This document shows positions 37,837 through 47,815 of a stretch of DNA of 64,000 nucleotides, piece after piece. The first letter of the stretch is position 1, and every line of letters starts with the position of its first letter. Both the position numbers and the translations under genes were made by a program. The notes under the pieces were generated by a model that did no database searches, was not told the DNA's origin, and was given only the letters and a program-made list of their open reading frames with translations. Source of the stretch: Candidatus Dormibacteria bacterium (GTDB taxonomy: Bacteria > Chloroflexota > Dormibacteria > Aeolococcales > Aeolococcaceae); assembly GCA_049521435.1 (NCBI GenBank), contig JBEKOU010000007.1, positions 63,831 through 127,830 on the forward strand, in the 5' to 3' direction.

Positions 37837-38598
37837 ATGTCCGGGCACAGCAAGTGGGCTGGGATCAAGCACAAGAAGGCGATCGTCGACGCCAAGCGCG
37901 GCCAGGCATTCACCAAGGTGACCGCCGAGCTCTCCGTGTCGGCGCGAGAGGGCGGTGCCGACCCCGTCGGAAACTTCCGGCTCCGCCTGGCCATCCAGAA
38001 GGCTCGCGAGGTCAACATGCCCGCGGACAACATCGAGCGGGCGATCCAGCGGGGCGCCGGCGGCAAGGACGGGGTCAAGCTGGAGGAGGTCCGCTACGAG
38101 GGCTACGGGCCCCACGGGGTGGCCGTGATGCTGGATGTCCTCACCGACAACCGCAACCGCACCGTGGCCGCGATCCGCAACCTGTTCACCCGCTCGGGCG
38201 GCTCGCTGGGGGAGTCCAACAGCGTCGCCTGGATGTTCTCCAACCAGGGGATCATCCGGATCGAGACCGGCCAGCGCGACCCCGAGGAGATCGAGCTGGA
38301 GCTGCTCGACCTGCTCGACGTGGGCGCCGACGGGGACATCGCCGTCGACGGCTCTTCCGTCCAGGTGTCGCTGGCGCCACATCTGTTCGAGGAAGCGCGG
38401 CGGCAGGTGGAGGCGGCCGGATACGCGGTGGAGGCGGCCGAGGTGACCATGAACCCGGTCACCTCGGTCACCCTCGACGCCCCCCAGGCCCGGCAGGTCC
38501 TGCGCCTGCTCGACAGCCTCGAGGAGCTGGACGATGTCCAGCAGGTCTACGCCAACGCGGAGATCCCCGACGAAGTCCTCGAGTCGGTCACTTCCTGA
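37837..38598 (+). CDS. yebC: YebC/PmpR family protein
   Basis: MSGHSKWAGIKHKK, YEGYGPHG, TDNRNRT, DDVQQVYAN. Confidence 0.96.
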   Translation: MSGHSKWAGIKHKKAIVDAKRGQAFTKVTAELSVSAREGGADPVGNFRLRLAIQKAREVNMPADNIERAIQRGAGGKDGVKLEEVRYEGYGPHGVAVMLDVLTDNRNRTVAAIRNLFTRSGGSLGESNSVAWMFSNQGIIRIETGQRDPEEIELELLDLLDVGADGDIAVDGSSVQVSLAPHLFEEARRQVEAAGYAVEAAEVTMNPVTSVTLDAPQARQVLRLLDSLEELDDVQQVYANAEIPDEVLESVTS

Positions 38599-38768
38599 TG
38601 CGGGCACCGGAGCCTCGGTGAACAGGTCGTGGCAGGCCCCCGCCAGGGGGCCGGTCTGGGCCCCGAGGCCAAGGAAGGGGTGGCCCGATGAGGAGCGCAC
38701 CGACGTGCGTGACGACGAAGGGACGGGGCCTCTGACGCCGGCATCGGTGTCCAGAGCCGCGAACTGAC

Positions 38769-39392
38769 GTGAGGGTGCTCGGCGTCGACCCCGGCCTGGG
38801 GCGCACCGGCGTTGCCCTGGTGGAGGGCCACCCCGGCTCGCTGCGGCTGGTCCACGCCGAGTGCATCGAGACCGGAGCCGAGGCTGCCGACGGCCCCCGT
38901 CTCCTGGAGCTCTCCCTACTCCTGGCTCAATCAGCCGGGTCTCTCCATCCCGATGTGGCGGCCGTGGAGCGGCTCTTCTTCTCGACCAACCGGCAGACCG
39001 CCATGCGGGTCAGCCAGGCACGGGGCGTCATCCTCTGCACCCTGGCCGCAGCCGGGATCCCGGTCGCCGAGTACACCCCGAACGAGATCAAGGAATCCAT
39101 CGCCGGCTACGGGGGCGCCACCAAGCGCCAGGTGCTCCGGATGTGCGAGGCAATGCTGGGCGTCGAGCAGATCCCGGGGCCCGACGACACCGCCGACGCC
39201 TGCGCCGCCGCCATCTGCCACCACCACCGTGCTGGGCTCCAGCCTCCGGTCGCGAGCGCTCCGGCCTCTCGGGTCAGCCCGGCGCTGGAGCTGGCCATCG
39301 CCGCCGCGCGGGAGCGCGCCGGCGGCGCCGGCGCGGCACCCCGTCCCGCCCCGCGGGCCGGGGCGGCCACCACCCCGGCCGGACCCCGATGA
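38769..39392 (+). CDS. ruvC: Holliday junction resolvase RuvC
   Basis: LGVDPG, VERLFF, EYTPNEIK, PDDTADA. Confidence 0.95.
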   Translation: MRVLGVDPGLGRTGVALVEGHPGSLRLVHAECIETGAEAADGPRLLELSLLLAQSAGSLHPDVAAVERLFFSTNRQTAMRVSQARGVILCTLAAAGIPVAEYTPNEIKESIAGYGGATKRQVLRMCEAMLGVEQIPGPDDTADACAAAICHHHRAGLQPPVASAPASRVSPALELAIAAARERAGGAGAAPRPAPRAGAATTPAGPR

Positions 39393-40003
39393 TCGCCCGG
39401 CTCCGTGGCCAGGTCGTGATCGCGGACGCCGACCACGTGGTCCTGGAGACCGGCGGGGTCGGCTACCAGGTCCAGTGCCATCTCCGCACCCTCGCCGCGC
39501 TCCACGAGATGGGGGAGCGGGAGGTGACCCTCCACATCCACACCTCGGTGAGCGACGACGCGATCCGTCTCTACGGCTTCCTCGCCCGGGACGAGCTGCG
39601 CCTCTTCCGCCTCCTCATCGGGGTGGAGCGCATCGGCCCGAAGGCCGCGCTCTCGATCCTCGGCCGGGCCGAGCTGCCCACCATGGTGCGGGCCATCCGG
39701 GACGGCGACGTCGCCCTGGTCGCGACCGTGCCCGGCGTCGGCCGGCGCACGGCGGAACGGGTCGTGCTGGAGCTGAGCGACCGTCTCGGCGACCTCGCGC
39801 TCACCCTGGGGCCGGCGGTGCCGACGGCTGCCGCGCAGGCCGTGGAGGCTGCCGTGGCCGGGCTGGTGGGGCTCGGCTACCGCGAATCGGAGGCCCGCCC
39901 CGCGGTCCGGGCCGCGCTCGCGGCGTCTGGAGAGGCGGACGGAGACGTCACGGCCCTGGTGGGTCGGGCGCTGCGGCTCCTCGACGTCGGAGCCGCGACA
40001 TGA
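39389..40003 (+). CDS. ruvA: Holliday junction DNA-binding protein RuvA
   Basis: MIARLRG, GGVGY, LYGF, IGPKAAL, PGVGRRTAERVVLEL. Confidence 0.95.
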   Translation: MIARLRGQVVIADADHVVLETGGVGYQVQCHLRTLAALHEMGEREVTLHIHTSVSDDAIRLYGFLARDELRLFRLLIGVERIGPKAALSILGRAELPTMVRAIRDGDVALVATVPGVGRRTAERVVLELSDRLGDLALTLGPAVPTAAAQAVEAAVAGLVGLGYRESEARPAVRAALAASGEADGDVTALVGRALRLLDVGAAT

Positions 40004-41049
40004 CCGACAGCCGGGTGGTCAGCCCCGGGGAACTCGACGAGGAGAGGGCGGCCGACTCCATCCTCCGCCCCCGCCGGCTCGAGGATTTCGTGGGCCAGCC
40101 CACCATCCGCGAGCAGGTTCGCATCCTCATCGAGGCCGCCAGCGCCCGCTCCGAGCCGGTCGACCACGTCCTCCTCTACGGCCCTCCCGGCCTCGGGAAG
40201 ACCACCCTGGCTCAGATCATCGCCAACGAGATGGGCGTTCAGGCCCGCCTCACCAGCGGTCCGGCACTGGAGCACCAGGGGATGCTGGCCTCCATCCTCA
40301 CCGCCCTCGAGGAGCGGGACGTCTTCTTCATCGACGAGATCCACCGCCTCAATCGTGCCGTGGAGGAGGCGCTCTACCCGGCCATGGAGGACCTCGCCTT
40401 CGACTTCGTGGCCGGCAAGGGGGCGGGGGCCCAGACGCTCCGATTGAGCCTGAAGCCGTTCACCGTGATCGGGGCGACCACGCGGGCCGGGGCCCTGGGC
40501 GGTCCGCTGCGCGACCGCTTCGGAGTGACCTTCCGGCTCGACTACTACGCCGCTGAGGAGCTGACCGCGATCATCGTCCGCTCGGCGCGGCTGCTCGGGG
40601 TGGAGATCACCCCGGCGGGGGCGAACCTGCTGGCCGGGCGCGCCCGCGGCACGCCCCGGGTCGCCAACCGGCTGCTCCGGCGCGCCCGCGACTACGCCCA
40701 GGTCCGGGCCGGGGGGAGCATCGACGAGGAGGTCGCCGTGGCCGCCCTGGGGATTCTCGGCATCGACGAGCTGGGCCTCGACGAGATGGACCGGCGGGTC
40801 GTCAGCACCCTCTGCGGGGCCCTCTCCGGGCACCCGTCGGGGGTCCAGACCATCGCCGTCTCGGTCCAGGAGGAGCCCGAGACCATCGAGGACGTCGTCG
40901 AGCCCTATCTGATCCGGCTCGGGCTGGTGGTCCGCACCCCGCGCGGGCGGCTGGCCACCGCGGCCGCCTACCGCCACCTCGGACTCACCCCTCCATCGAG
41001 CGCCCCAGGCGCGGGAAGCGGGGGCCAGGAGGTCCTCTTCGGGGCATGA
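40000..41049 (+). CDS. ruvB: Holliday junction branch migration ATPase RuvB
   Basis: LRPRRLEDFVGQ, GPPGLGKTT, FIDEIHR, GATTRAG, RGTPRVANRLL. Confidence 0.97.
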   Translation: MTDSRVVSPGELDEERAADSILRPRRLEDFVGQPTIREQVRILIEAASARSEPVDHVLLYGPPGLGKTTLAQIIANEMGVQARLTSGPALEHQGMLASILTALEERDVFFIDEIHRLNRAVEEALYPAMEDLAFDFVAGKGAGAQTLRLSLKPFTVIGATTRAGALGGPLRDRFGVTFRLDYYAAEELTAIIVRSARLLGVEITPAGANLLAGRARGTPRVANRLLRRARDYAQVRAGGSIDEEVAVAALGILGIDELGLDEMDRRVVSTLCGALSGHPSGVQTIAVSVQEEPETIEDVVEPYLIRLGLVVRTPRGRLATAAAYRHLGLTPPSSAPGAGSGGQEVLFGA

Positions 41050-41188
41050 GGGAGCCGGGAGAGGAGATCCGCCGCACCCGCCCCGGGATCGCCCGCGGTC
41101 TGCCGGCCGTACTCGCGGCCCTCCCCGGCGACCCCTTGCGTGAACTCGACACCGAGAGCGGTGACCCGCTCGGCTACACTTCGCCGTC

Positions 41189-43636
41189 GTGAACTGGCTG
41201 CGGGTCACCAAGTGGAAGGTGGCGACGATCTTCGTCGTCCTGATCGTCGCCGTCGTGGTCGACGTCTTCAACTTGAACGTGCTCGGCTACAACATCACCC
41301 TCCACAAGGGGCTGGACATCGTCGGCGGCTCAGAGCTGACCATCGCCGTCTGCCAGGGCCCGAACCTCCCCGCGGACGCCAACCCGCCCTGCCGCTCCGG
41401 ACCCCGCAACGGGGTCAGCGTGTCGGCGGCCCAGGCCGACACCATCCCGGTGCTTCAGAACCGGGTCAACTCGCTCGGCGTCTCGGAGGCGAGTGTCCAG
41501 CCGGTCGGCAGCGACGAGATCTCGGTCGAGCTCCCCGGGGTCTCGCTGGCCAAGGCCGAGAGCGTCCTGGGCAGCACCTATCTGATCCGCTTCGCCACCG
41601 CCGCGTCGGGGGCTCCGCCGGCGGGGGCCGCCAAGAGCAACAGCTACTGCATCGACAACCCGAGCGACGGGTTCTGCGTGGACCAGGAGGACCTCTACCA
41701 GCCCTCTCAGCTCAACGAGACCGAGTTCTATCCGTCCGGGTACCACTGGAAGATCGACAGCAAGCTTCCGGCCGCCGACATCTCCAGCTCCAGCCTCGGC
41801 ACCGACTCGAACGGCAACCCGGCCGTCGATATCACCTTCAACGGGCCCGGGGCCAGCGAGTGGAGCAACATCACCGGGGCCGCCTACAAGGTGTACAGCG
41901 CCGACGGTTGCTCCCCCGACACCAGCTGTGCTGCGGGTTCCATGGTCGCGATCTTCCTGGACAACCAGGTGGTCAGCGCCCCGGTGGTCGAGGGCCAGTC
42001 GAGCAGCAGCACGCAGATCACCGGTGTCACCCTCGGCGAGGCGCAGCTCCTCCAGTCGCAGATCAACTCGGGAGCCCTCCCCGCCGAGATCGGCACCGTC
42101 GAGCAGGACACGGTGGGCGCGACCCTGGGCGCTCAGACCGTGACCGCGACCCTGCTCGCCGGCGCTGTCGGCCTCCTCGTCGTGATCCTCTTCATGATCG
42201 GCTACTACCGCTTCCCCGGCGTGCTGGCGAGCATCGCCCTGATCCTCTACAGCATCATGAACCTGGCCGCCTACAAGCTCCTCGGGGTCACGGTGAGCCT
42301 GGCCGGCCTGGCCGGTTTCGTGTTATCGGTGGGCATGGCCGTCGACGCCAACGTGCTCATCTTTGAACGCACGCGCGACGAGCTGCGCCACGGGCGCTCG
42401 GTGGGCGCCGCCATCGAGCTGGGCTTCCGGCGTGCCTTCCCCGCCATCCGCGACAGCAACATCTCGACCGAGATCGTCTGCGTCATCCTCGCCGTCTTCG
42501 GCTCGGACATCGTCAAGGGCTTCGCCATCACCCTGGGCATCGGCGTCGCCATCAGCTTCTTCAGCGCGGTCCTGATCACTCAGTCCCTGCTCGGCGTGAT
42601 GCTCCGCTGGAGGATCGGGCGCAATCCGACCCTCTACACCGAGATCCACCCCGAGTACCAGGAGCAGCACCGGACGGGGCGGTTCGACATCGTCCGCAAC
42701 CGCAACTGGTTCTTCCTCGCCTCGCTCGCCATCATCATCCCCGGCATCGTGGCCATCATCGGATGGGGGTTCCGGCTGGGCATCGACTTCGCGGGCGGCG
42801 ACCAGATCCAGGCCGCCTACACAACCCCGGTCACCTCGGCGGAGCTGGTGAGCACGGTCAACAGCACCGTGCCTGGCCTGCAGCCGACCGTCCAGAGCTT
42901 CGGCAAGGACAAGGCCGGCAATGACGTGTACATGATCCAGACCCTCCCCACCGGCGAGGTGCAGGCCGTGTACAATGCCCTCGACGCCGCCTACCACTTC
43001 GAGGCGGGCAGCGAGAGCGTCAACACCGTCGGTCAGACCATCGCCAACAGCGCGGTGGGCCAGGCGATCGCCCTGGTGCTCATCTCCTCGCTGATGATCG
43101 CCTTCTACCTGGCCTACCAGTTTGGCAAGCAGCGCCAGGTCAATCGCTGGCGGTTCGCGGCATGCACCTTCTTCAAGCTCCTCCACGACATCTTCGTGCT
43201 CGCCGGGATCTGGGCGATCCTGGGTCACTTCAGTTCGCTGGGCCAGGTCGACAACTACTTCATCACCGCCGTGCTGACCGGCGTGGCGTTCTCCATCCAC
43301 GACACCATCGTGGTGTTCGACAGGATCCGGGAGAACCTCCGGGTCGGGCCGCGCTTCACCTTCGACCAGATCGTCAACCTCTCGACGGTGCAGACCATGG
43401 CCCGCTCGCTCAACACCTCGTTGACCGTCATCTTCGTGCTGCTCGCCCTCGTGCTCTTCGGCGGGTCGTCGATCCAGGGCTTCGTGCTGGCCCTCCTGAT
43501 CGGCATCATCACCGGCACCTACAGCTCGATCTTCAACGCCTCCACCCTCCTCGTCGCCTGGAACAAGGCACGCCCGGAGAAGACCGCCGGCCGCCCCCAG
43601 CGCGGCGTGGTCGCGCGACCCGTACGCGTCAGCTGA
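41189..43636 (+). CDS. secDF: Fused protein translocase subunit SecDF
   Basis: GLDIVGG, RVNSLGVSE, GALP, GMAVDANVLIFER, GIDFAGG, DTIVVFDRIRE, GTYSSIF. Confidence 0.95.
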   Translation: MNWLRVTKWKVATIFVVLIVAVVVDVFNLNVLGYNITLHKGLDIVGGSELTIAVCQGPNLPADANPPCRSGPRNGVSVSAAQADTIPVLQNRVNSLGVSEASVQPVGSDEISVELPGVSLAKAESVLGSTYLIRFATAASGAPPAGAAKSNSYCIDNPSDGFCVDQEDLYQPSQLNETEFYPSGYHWKIDSKLPAADISSSSLGTDSNGNPAVDITFNGPGASEWSNITGAAYKVYSADGCSPDTSCAAGSMVAIFLDNQVVSAPVVEGQSSSSTQITGVTLGEAQLLQSQINSGALPAEIGTVEQDTVGATLGAQTVTATLLAGAVGLLVVILFMIGYYRFPGVLASIALILYSIMNLAAYKLLGVTVSLAGLAGFVLSVGMAVDANVLIFERTRDELRHGRSVGAAIELGFRRAFPAIRDSNISTEIVCVILAVFGSDIVKGFAITLGIGVAISFFSAVLITQSLLGVMLRWRIGRNPTLYTEIHPEYQEQHRTGRFDIVRNRNWFFLASLAIIIPGIVAIIGWGFRLGIDFAGGDQIQAAYTTPVTSAELVSTVNSTVPGLQPTVQSFGKDKAGNDVYMIQTLPTGEVQAVYNALDAAYHFEAGSESVNTVGQTIANSAVGQAIALVLISSLMIAFYLAYQFGKQRQVNRWRFAACTFFKLLHDIFVLAGIWAILGHFSSLGQVDNYFITAVLTGVAFSIHDTIVVFDRIRENLRVGPRFTFDQIVNLSTVQTMARSLNTSLTVIFVLLALVLFGGSSIQGFVLALLIGIITGTYSSIFNASTLLVAWNKARPEKTAGRPQRGVVARPVRVS

Positions 43637-43700
43637 CGAGCGTCGCCCTCGCCCCCGGCATGCTCGCTGAGGGGACCCACCCGATACGATCGTCCCAGCC

Positions 43701-44177
43701 GTGTCGATGAGCCGTCCCGACGTCACCGCCCTCGCCGACCTGCTCCGCCCCGCCCTCCAGCAGTCCGGGGTCGAGCTGGTCGAGGTGCAATGGAAGGGGA
43801 GCGGACCGGGGAGCGTGCTCCGGCTGGTGGTCGACCGGCCGGGCGGGGTCGGCCTCGACGACTGCGAGCGCGCGTCGATGACCGCCAGCGCCATCCTCGA
43901 TGCCTACGACCCGATCGAGACCCGCTACTCGTTGGAGGTCTCCTCCCCAGGGGCGGAGCGACCGATCCGGACCGACGAGGAGTGGCGAGCCGCCCTCGGC
44001 CGCCGGGTGCACCTCCGGGTCCGGACTGGCGACGCCGAGCGTGTGGTGGAGGGCCGGTTGATCGCGGCCGGCGGGCCCACGGTGGAGATCGAGGCGCGCA
44101 CCGGGCGGGGCCGTCCCCGGCCGCTGACCATCGTGGCGGCGGACATCCTCGCGGCACGCACCGCGGTGGACATCTGA
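43701..44177 (+). CDS. rimP: Ribosome maturation factor RimP
   Basis: GVGLDDCER, YSLEVSSPGAERP; first gene of the rimP-nusA-infB cluster. Confidence 0.93.
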   Translation: MSMSRPDVTALADLLRPALQQSGVELVEVQWKGSGPGSVLRLVVDRPGGVGLDDCERASMTASAILDAYDPIETRYSLEVSSPGAERPIRTDEEWRAALGRRVHLRVRTGDAERVVEGRLIAAGGPTVEIEARTGRGRPRPLTIVAADILAARTAVDI

Positions 44178-45196
44178 TGCCCCCTCGTGGCCGCCCGCCC
44201 GCCGTCCGCCCTGGCGACGGCGACATCCTGGAGGCCGTGGCCGAGCTCGCCGCCAACGCGGGCATCAGCGAGGACGAGCTGACCGAGATCGTCGGGCGGG
44301 CGATCGTCGAGACGTACCGCCGCCTCGTCGTCGACGATCCCGGCCTCACCGCCCGCGTCGACTTCCGGAGCGGCGTGCATGACGTGCTCCGCCCCGACCC
44401 CGCGGGCGGGGAGACGGTGATGGCGCCGCTCGCCGGCGACGCCGCCCGCCAGGCGGCCCAGGCCGTCCGGAGCGCAGTCCTCGACCGCCTCCGCAACGCC
44501 GGGGCGGATCGGGTGATCAGCGAGGCCACGACTCACCGCGGCGAGCTGATCGATGCGATCGTGGAGAGTCCCGCGGGCGGCAGCTGGTACCTGCGGGCGG
44601 GGGACACCACGGTGGTCCTGCCGCCGGAGGAGCAGGCGGCGGGGGAGGAGCTCGAACCGCGCCAGCACCTCAAGGTGGTCATCCTCGAGGGCCGGCGGCG
44701 CGCCCGCGACGCCGTGGTGGTGGCCTCCCGGTCCCATCCCCAGCTGGTCCGGCTCCTCCTCGAGCAGGAGGTGCCCGAGCTGGGGCGGGGACAGATCATC
44801 ATCCGCGCCATCGCCCGCGAGGCGGGCCGCCGCACCAAGGTGGCGGTGGAGGCGATCGATCCCGACATCGACCCCCAGGGGGCCTGCATCGGGCCTCACG
44901 GGATGCGGCACCGCGCCATCACCTCTCAGCTCGGCACCGAACAGTTGCAGATCGTCCGCTTCGATCCCGAGCCCGCCCACTACGTGGCCAACGCGCTCAT
45001 CCCGGCGCCGGTGGTCGGGGTGGAGCTGGACACCGAGACCCGGACCGCCCACGTGACCGTCGACCCCACCAAGCTCTCCCTCGCCATCGGCCGGGGAGGG
45101 GAGAACGCCCGTCTCGCCGCCCGCCTCACCGGATGGCGGATCGACATCACGGCCGCGGGGCCAGCGGCGGAGGCGGCCGCGGAGGAGCCGTCGTGA
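44177..45196 (+). CDS. nusA: Transcription termination factor NusA
   Basis: SRSHP, EVPEL, AREAGRRTKVAV, SLAIGRGGENARLAARLTGWRIDI. Confidence 0.93.
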   Translation: MPPRGRPPAVRPGDGDILEAVAELAANAGISEDELTEIVGRAIVETYRRLVVDDPGLTARVDFRSGVHDVLRPDPAGGETVMAPLAGDAARQAAQAVRSAVLDRLRNAGADRVISEATTHRGELIDAIVESPAGGSWYLRAGDTTVVLPPEEQAAGEELEPRQHLKVVILEGRRRARDAVVVASRSHPQLVRLLLEQEVPELGRGQIIIRAIAREAGRRTKVAVEAIDPDIDPQGACIGPHGMRHRAITSQLGTEQLQIVRFDPEPAHYVANALIPAPVVGVELDTETRTAHVTVDPTKLSLAIGRGGENARLAARLTGWRIDITAAGPAAEAAAEEPS

Positions 45197-45267
45197 CCCC
45201 TCCGGCGACTGCAGACGGGACGAACGCAGTCGTGACCCCTCCGGCGACTGCAGACGGGGCGAACGCA
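45190..45267 (+). repeat. 39-bp tandem duplication (2 copies, 1 mismatch)
   Basis: GTCGTGACCCCTCCGGCGACTGCAGACGGG(A/G)CGAACGCA x2. Confidence 0.9.
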
Positions 45268-45561
45268 GCAGAGAGGGCTCCGATGCGCACCTGTGTGGGG
45301 TGCAAGCGCCGGCGGCCGCGCCCCGAACTGGTCCGTCTGGTCGCCGGGGCATCGGGAGCGGTTATCCTGGACATCCCCGCCCGTGCGCCCGGCCGCGGCG
45401 CCTATCTCTGCCGGGATTCCGGCATGGCCTGCCTGCGGATCGCCCAGCGGCGCCGCAGCCTGAGCCGATCCCTGCGGGTAGGGGAGAATGTCATCGACCC
45501 CGAGGCACTGGGCCATCAGCTCAGCGAGCTCGCCGAGGAGGAACCACCGTCGCCACGATGA
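45193..45561 (+). CDS. ylxR: YlxR/RnpM family RNA-binding protein
   Basis: PMRTCVGC, ELVRLV, GRGAYLC; between nusA and infB. Confidence 0.9.
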   Translation: MTPPATADGTNAVVTPPATADGANAAERAPMRTCVGCKRRRPRPELVRLVAGASGAVILDIPARAPGRGAYLCRDSGMACLRIAQRRRSLSRSLRVGENVIDPEALGHQLSELAEEEPPSPR

Positions 45562-47342
45562 AGAAGATCAGACTGCCGGCCAGTCTCACCGTCAAGGAGC
45601 TGGCCGAGCGGCTCGGCGTGTCCGGCGCCCAGCTCATCACCTACCTGATGCAGAACGGGGTGATGGCCGCCCTGAACCAGTCGGTCGACTTCGACACGGC
45701 CGCGCTGGCCGCGGACAACTTCGGCTTCGAGGCGGAGTCGGAGGAGGCCCTCGCCAAGGAGGCGGCGACCGCCTCCGCCACCGGCGCGCTGCGACCGCGC
45801 CACCCCCTCCTCGACCTCTCCGGCGAGGACCCGGCCAAGCTGGTTCCGCGTCCCCCCGTGGTCGCCGTCCTGGGACACGTCGACCACGGCAAGACCTCGA
45901 TCCTCGACAAGATCCGGACCACCAGCGTGGCCGCCGGCGAGGCCGGAGGCATCACCCAGCGGATCGGCGCCTACCAGGTGGAGCGCCAGGGCCGGCTGAT
46001 CACCTTCATCGACACCCCGGGCCACGAGGCGTTCAGCGCGATGCGCGCCCGCGGGGCGGATGTCACCGACATCGCGATCCTGGTGGTCGCCGCCGACGAC
46101 GGGGTCATGCCTCAGACCGAGGAGGCGATCCACCACATCCGGAGCGCCGGGGTGCCGCTGGTCGTGGCCCTCAACAAGTCGGACAAGGACGGGGCGAACC
46201 CCGATCGCGTCCTCCAGCAGCTCGCCGAGCACCAGGTCCTCCCCGAGAGCTATGGCGGCGACGTGCCCACGGTGGCGACCAGCGCCGTCACCGGCCAGGG
46301 GATCGAGGACCTCCTGGACACCATCCTGCTGGTGAGCGACGTGGTGAGCCCGCCGCGGGCAAATCCCGACCGCCTCGCGGTCGGCACCGTCATCGACTCC
46401 GAGCTGGAGCGGGGGAGGGGCCCGGTGGCGACCGTCCTGGTCCAGAACGGCACCCTCCGCATCGGGGACAACGTGGTGGTGGGCCGGGTCTACGGCAAGA
46501 TCCGGGCGCTCACCGACGACGCCGGTCGCCGGGTCAAGGAGGCAGGTCCCAGCAAGCCGGTCCTGATCAGCGGACTCACCGACGTCGCCACCGCCGGCGA
46601 CGTCCTCCAGGTGATGGAGACCGAGAAGGCGGCGCGGGCTCTGGCCGAGCTGCGCACCAATGAGCAGCGGGCAAAGATCGCCCAGCCGGTCCGCCGGATC
46701 ACCCTCTCGGACTTCGCCGCGGTGCAGGGCGAGACCAAGACCATGACGCTCGTCCTCAAGGCCGAGGCCAACGGCTCGCTGGAAGCTCTCCGCAGCCAGG
46801 TTACCAAGCTGGAGGACCCCAACGTCACCATCAAGATCGTCGGTGAGGGGGTCGGCGCGGTGGGAGAGGCGGACGTCAACCTCGCCGCCGTCTCCGGGGC
46901 CATCGTGATCGGCTTCAACGTGCATCCCGACGAACGCGCCAAGGCCGCCGCCGAGGAGCTGGGCGTTGACGTCCGCTTCTACGACGTCGTCTACCAGGTC
47001 ACCGACGACATCGTGAAGTCGATCCGGGGAATGTACGAGCCGTCCTTCGTCGAGGTCTACCAGGGCCGTGCCGAGGTCCGCAAGGTCTTCAGCGTCGACG
47101 GTCGCCCGGCGATCGCCGGCTGCCAGGTGGTGGACGGGAAGATCACCCGCGCCGCCACGTGCACGGTGCGCCGCGACGGCCGCGAGGTCGGCCGGGGCAA
47201 GATCGACGCCCTCAAGCGTTTCCGGGACGACGTTCGTGAGGTTGCCCGCGGCTACGAATGCGGGATCACCCTCGACGGCTTCGCCGACTTCGCAGAGGGC
47301 GACGTCCTCGAGGCACACGTCACCGAGCAGCAGAACATCTGA
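45558..47342 (+). CDS. infB: Translation initiation factor IF-2 (short form)
   Basis: [32 protein letters not shown]. Confidence 0.97.
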   Translation: MKKIRLPASLTVKELAERLGVSGAQLITYLMQNGVMAALNQSVDFDTAALAADNFGFEAESEEALAKEAATASATGALRPRHPLLDLSGEDPAKLVPRPPVVAVLGHVDHGKTSILDKIRTTSVAAGEAGGITQRIGAYQVERQGRLITFIDTPGHEAFSAMRARGADVTDIAILVVAADDGVMPQTEEAIHHIRSAGVPLVVALNKSDKDGANPDRVLQQLAEHQVLPESYGGDVPTVATSAVTGQGIEDLLDTILLVSDVVSPPRANPDRLAVGTVIDSELERGRGPVATVLVQNGTLRIGDNVVVGRVYGKIRALTDDAGRRVKEAGPSKPVLISGLTDVATAGDVLQVMETEKAARALAELRTNEQRAKIAQPVRRITLSDFAAVQGETKTMTLVLKAEANGSLEALRSQVTKLEDPNVTIKIVGEGVGAVGEADVNLAAVSGAIVIGFNVHPDERAKAAAEELGVDVRFYDVVYQVTDDIVKSIRGMYEPSFVEVYQGRAEVRKVFSVDGRPAIAGCQVVDGKITRAATCTVRRDGREVGRGKIDALKRFRDDVREVARGYECGITLDGFADFAEGDVLEAHVTEQQNI

Positions 47343-47356
47343 CCGTGCCGGCGTTC

Positions 47357-47815
47357 ATGCCTCACGCCAAGAGCAGAGGTCGCCCCGGAGATCCTGGCGC
47401 ATCCCGATTCCAGCCGGTGCTCAGCCCGTCCTCCCGGCCGCCGCGGCCCGAGCGGATCGCCGAGCAGCTCCGCCAGGAGCTCTCCTCGCTGATGCTCACC
47501 GAGATGAAGGACCCGCGGGTCCACCTCGCCTCCGTGTCACGGGTGAGCATCTCTCCCGACCTGCGCACCGCCACCGTGATGATCTCGGCGGTCGGGGACG
47601 ATCCGGAGCGCCGAGCCGTGGTGGATGCCATGCGCCACGCCGAGGGCTACCTCCGCGCCCAGCTCGGCCACCGGCTGGAGAACCTGAAGAGCGCGCCGCA
47701 CCTCCAGTTTCAGCTCGACGAGTCGATCGCCTACTCGGTGCGGATGAGCAGCATGCTGCGGGAGCTCGATCCGGGCACGCCCGCCGATGAAGGCCCCGGC
47801 GAGGAGCCCTCATGA
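47357..47815 (+). CDS. rbfA: Ribosome-binding factor A
   Basis: RPERIAEQLRQEL, MKDPRV, SPDLRTA, PHLQFQLDESI. Confidence 0.93.
   Translation: MPHAKSRGRPGDPGASRFQPVLSPSSRPPRPERIAEQLRQELSSLMLTEMKDPRVHLASVSRVSISPDLRTATVMISAVGDDPERRAVVDAMRHAEGYLRAQLGHRLENLKSAPHLQFQLDESIAYSVRMSSMLRELDPGTPADEGPGEEPS

Noticed and set aside
38599-38768. Short ORFs between yebC and ruvC (MRSAPTCVTTKGRGL; VRDDEGTGPLTPASVSRAAN)
   Set aside because: Two competing SD/start pairs with no recognisable features; cannot be told apart from chance.
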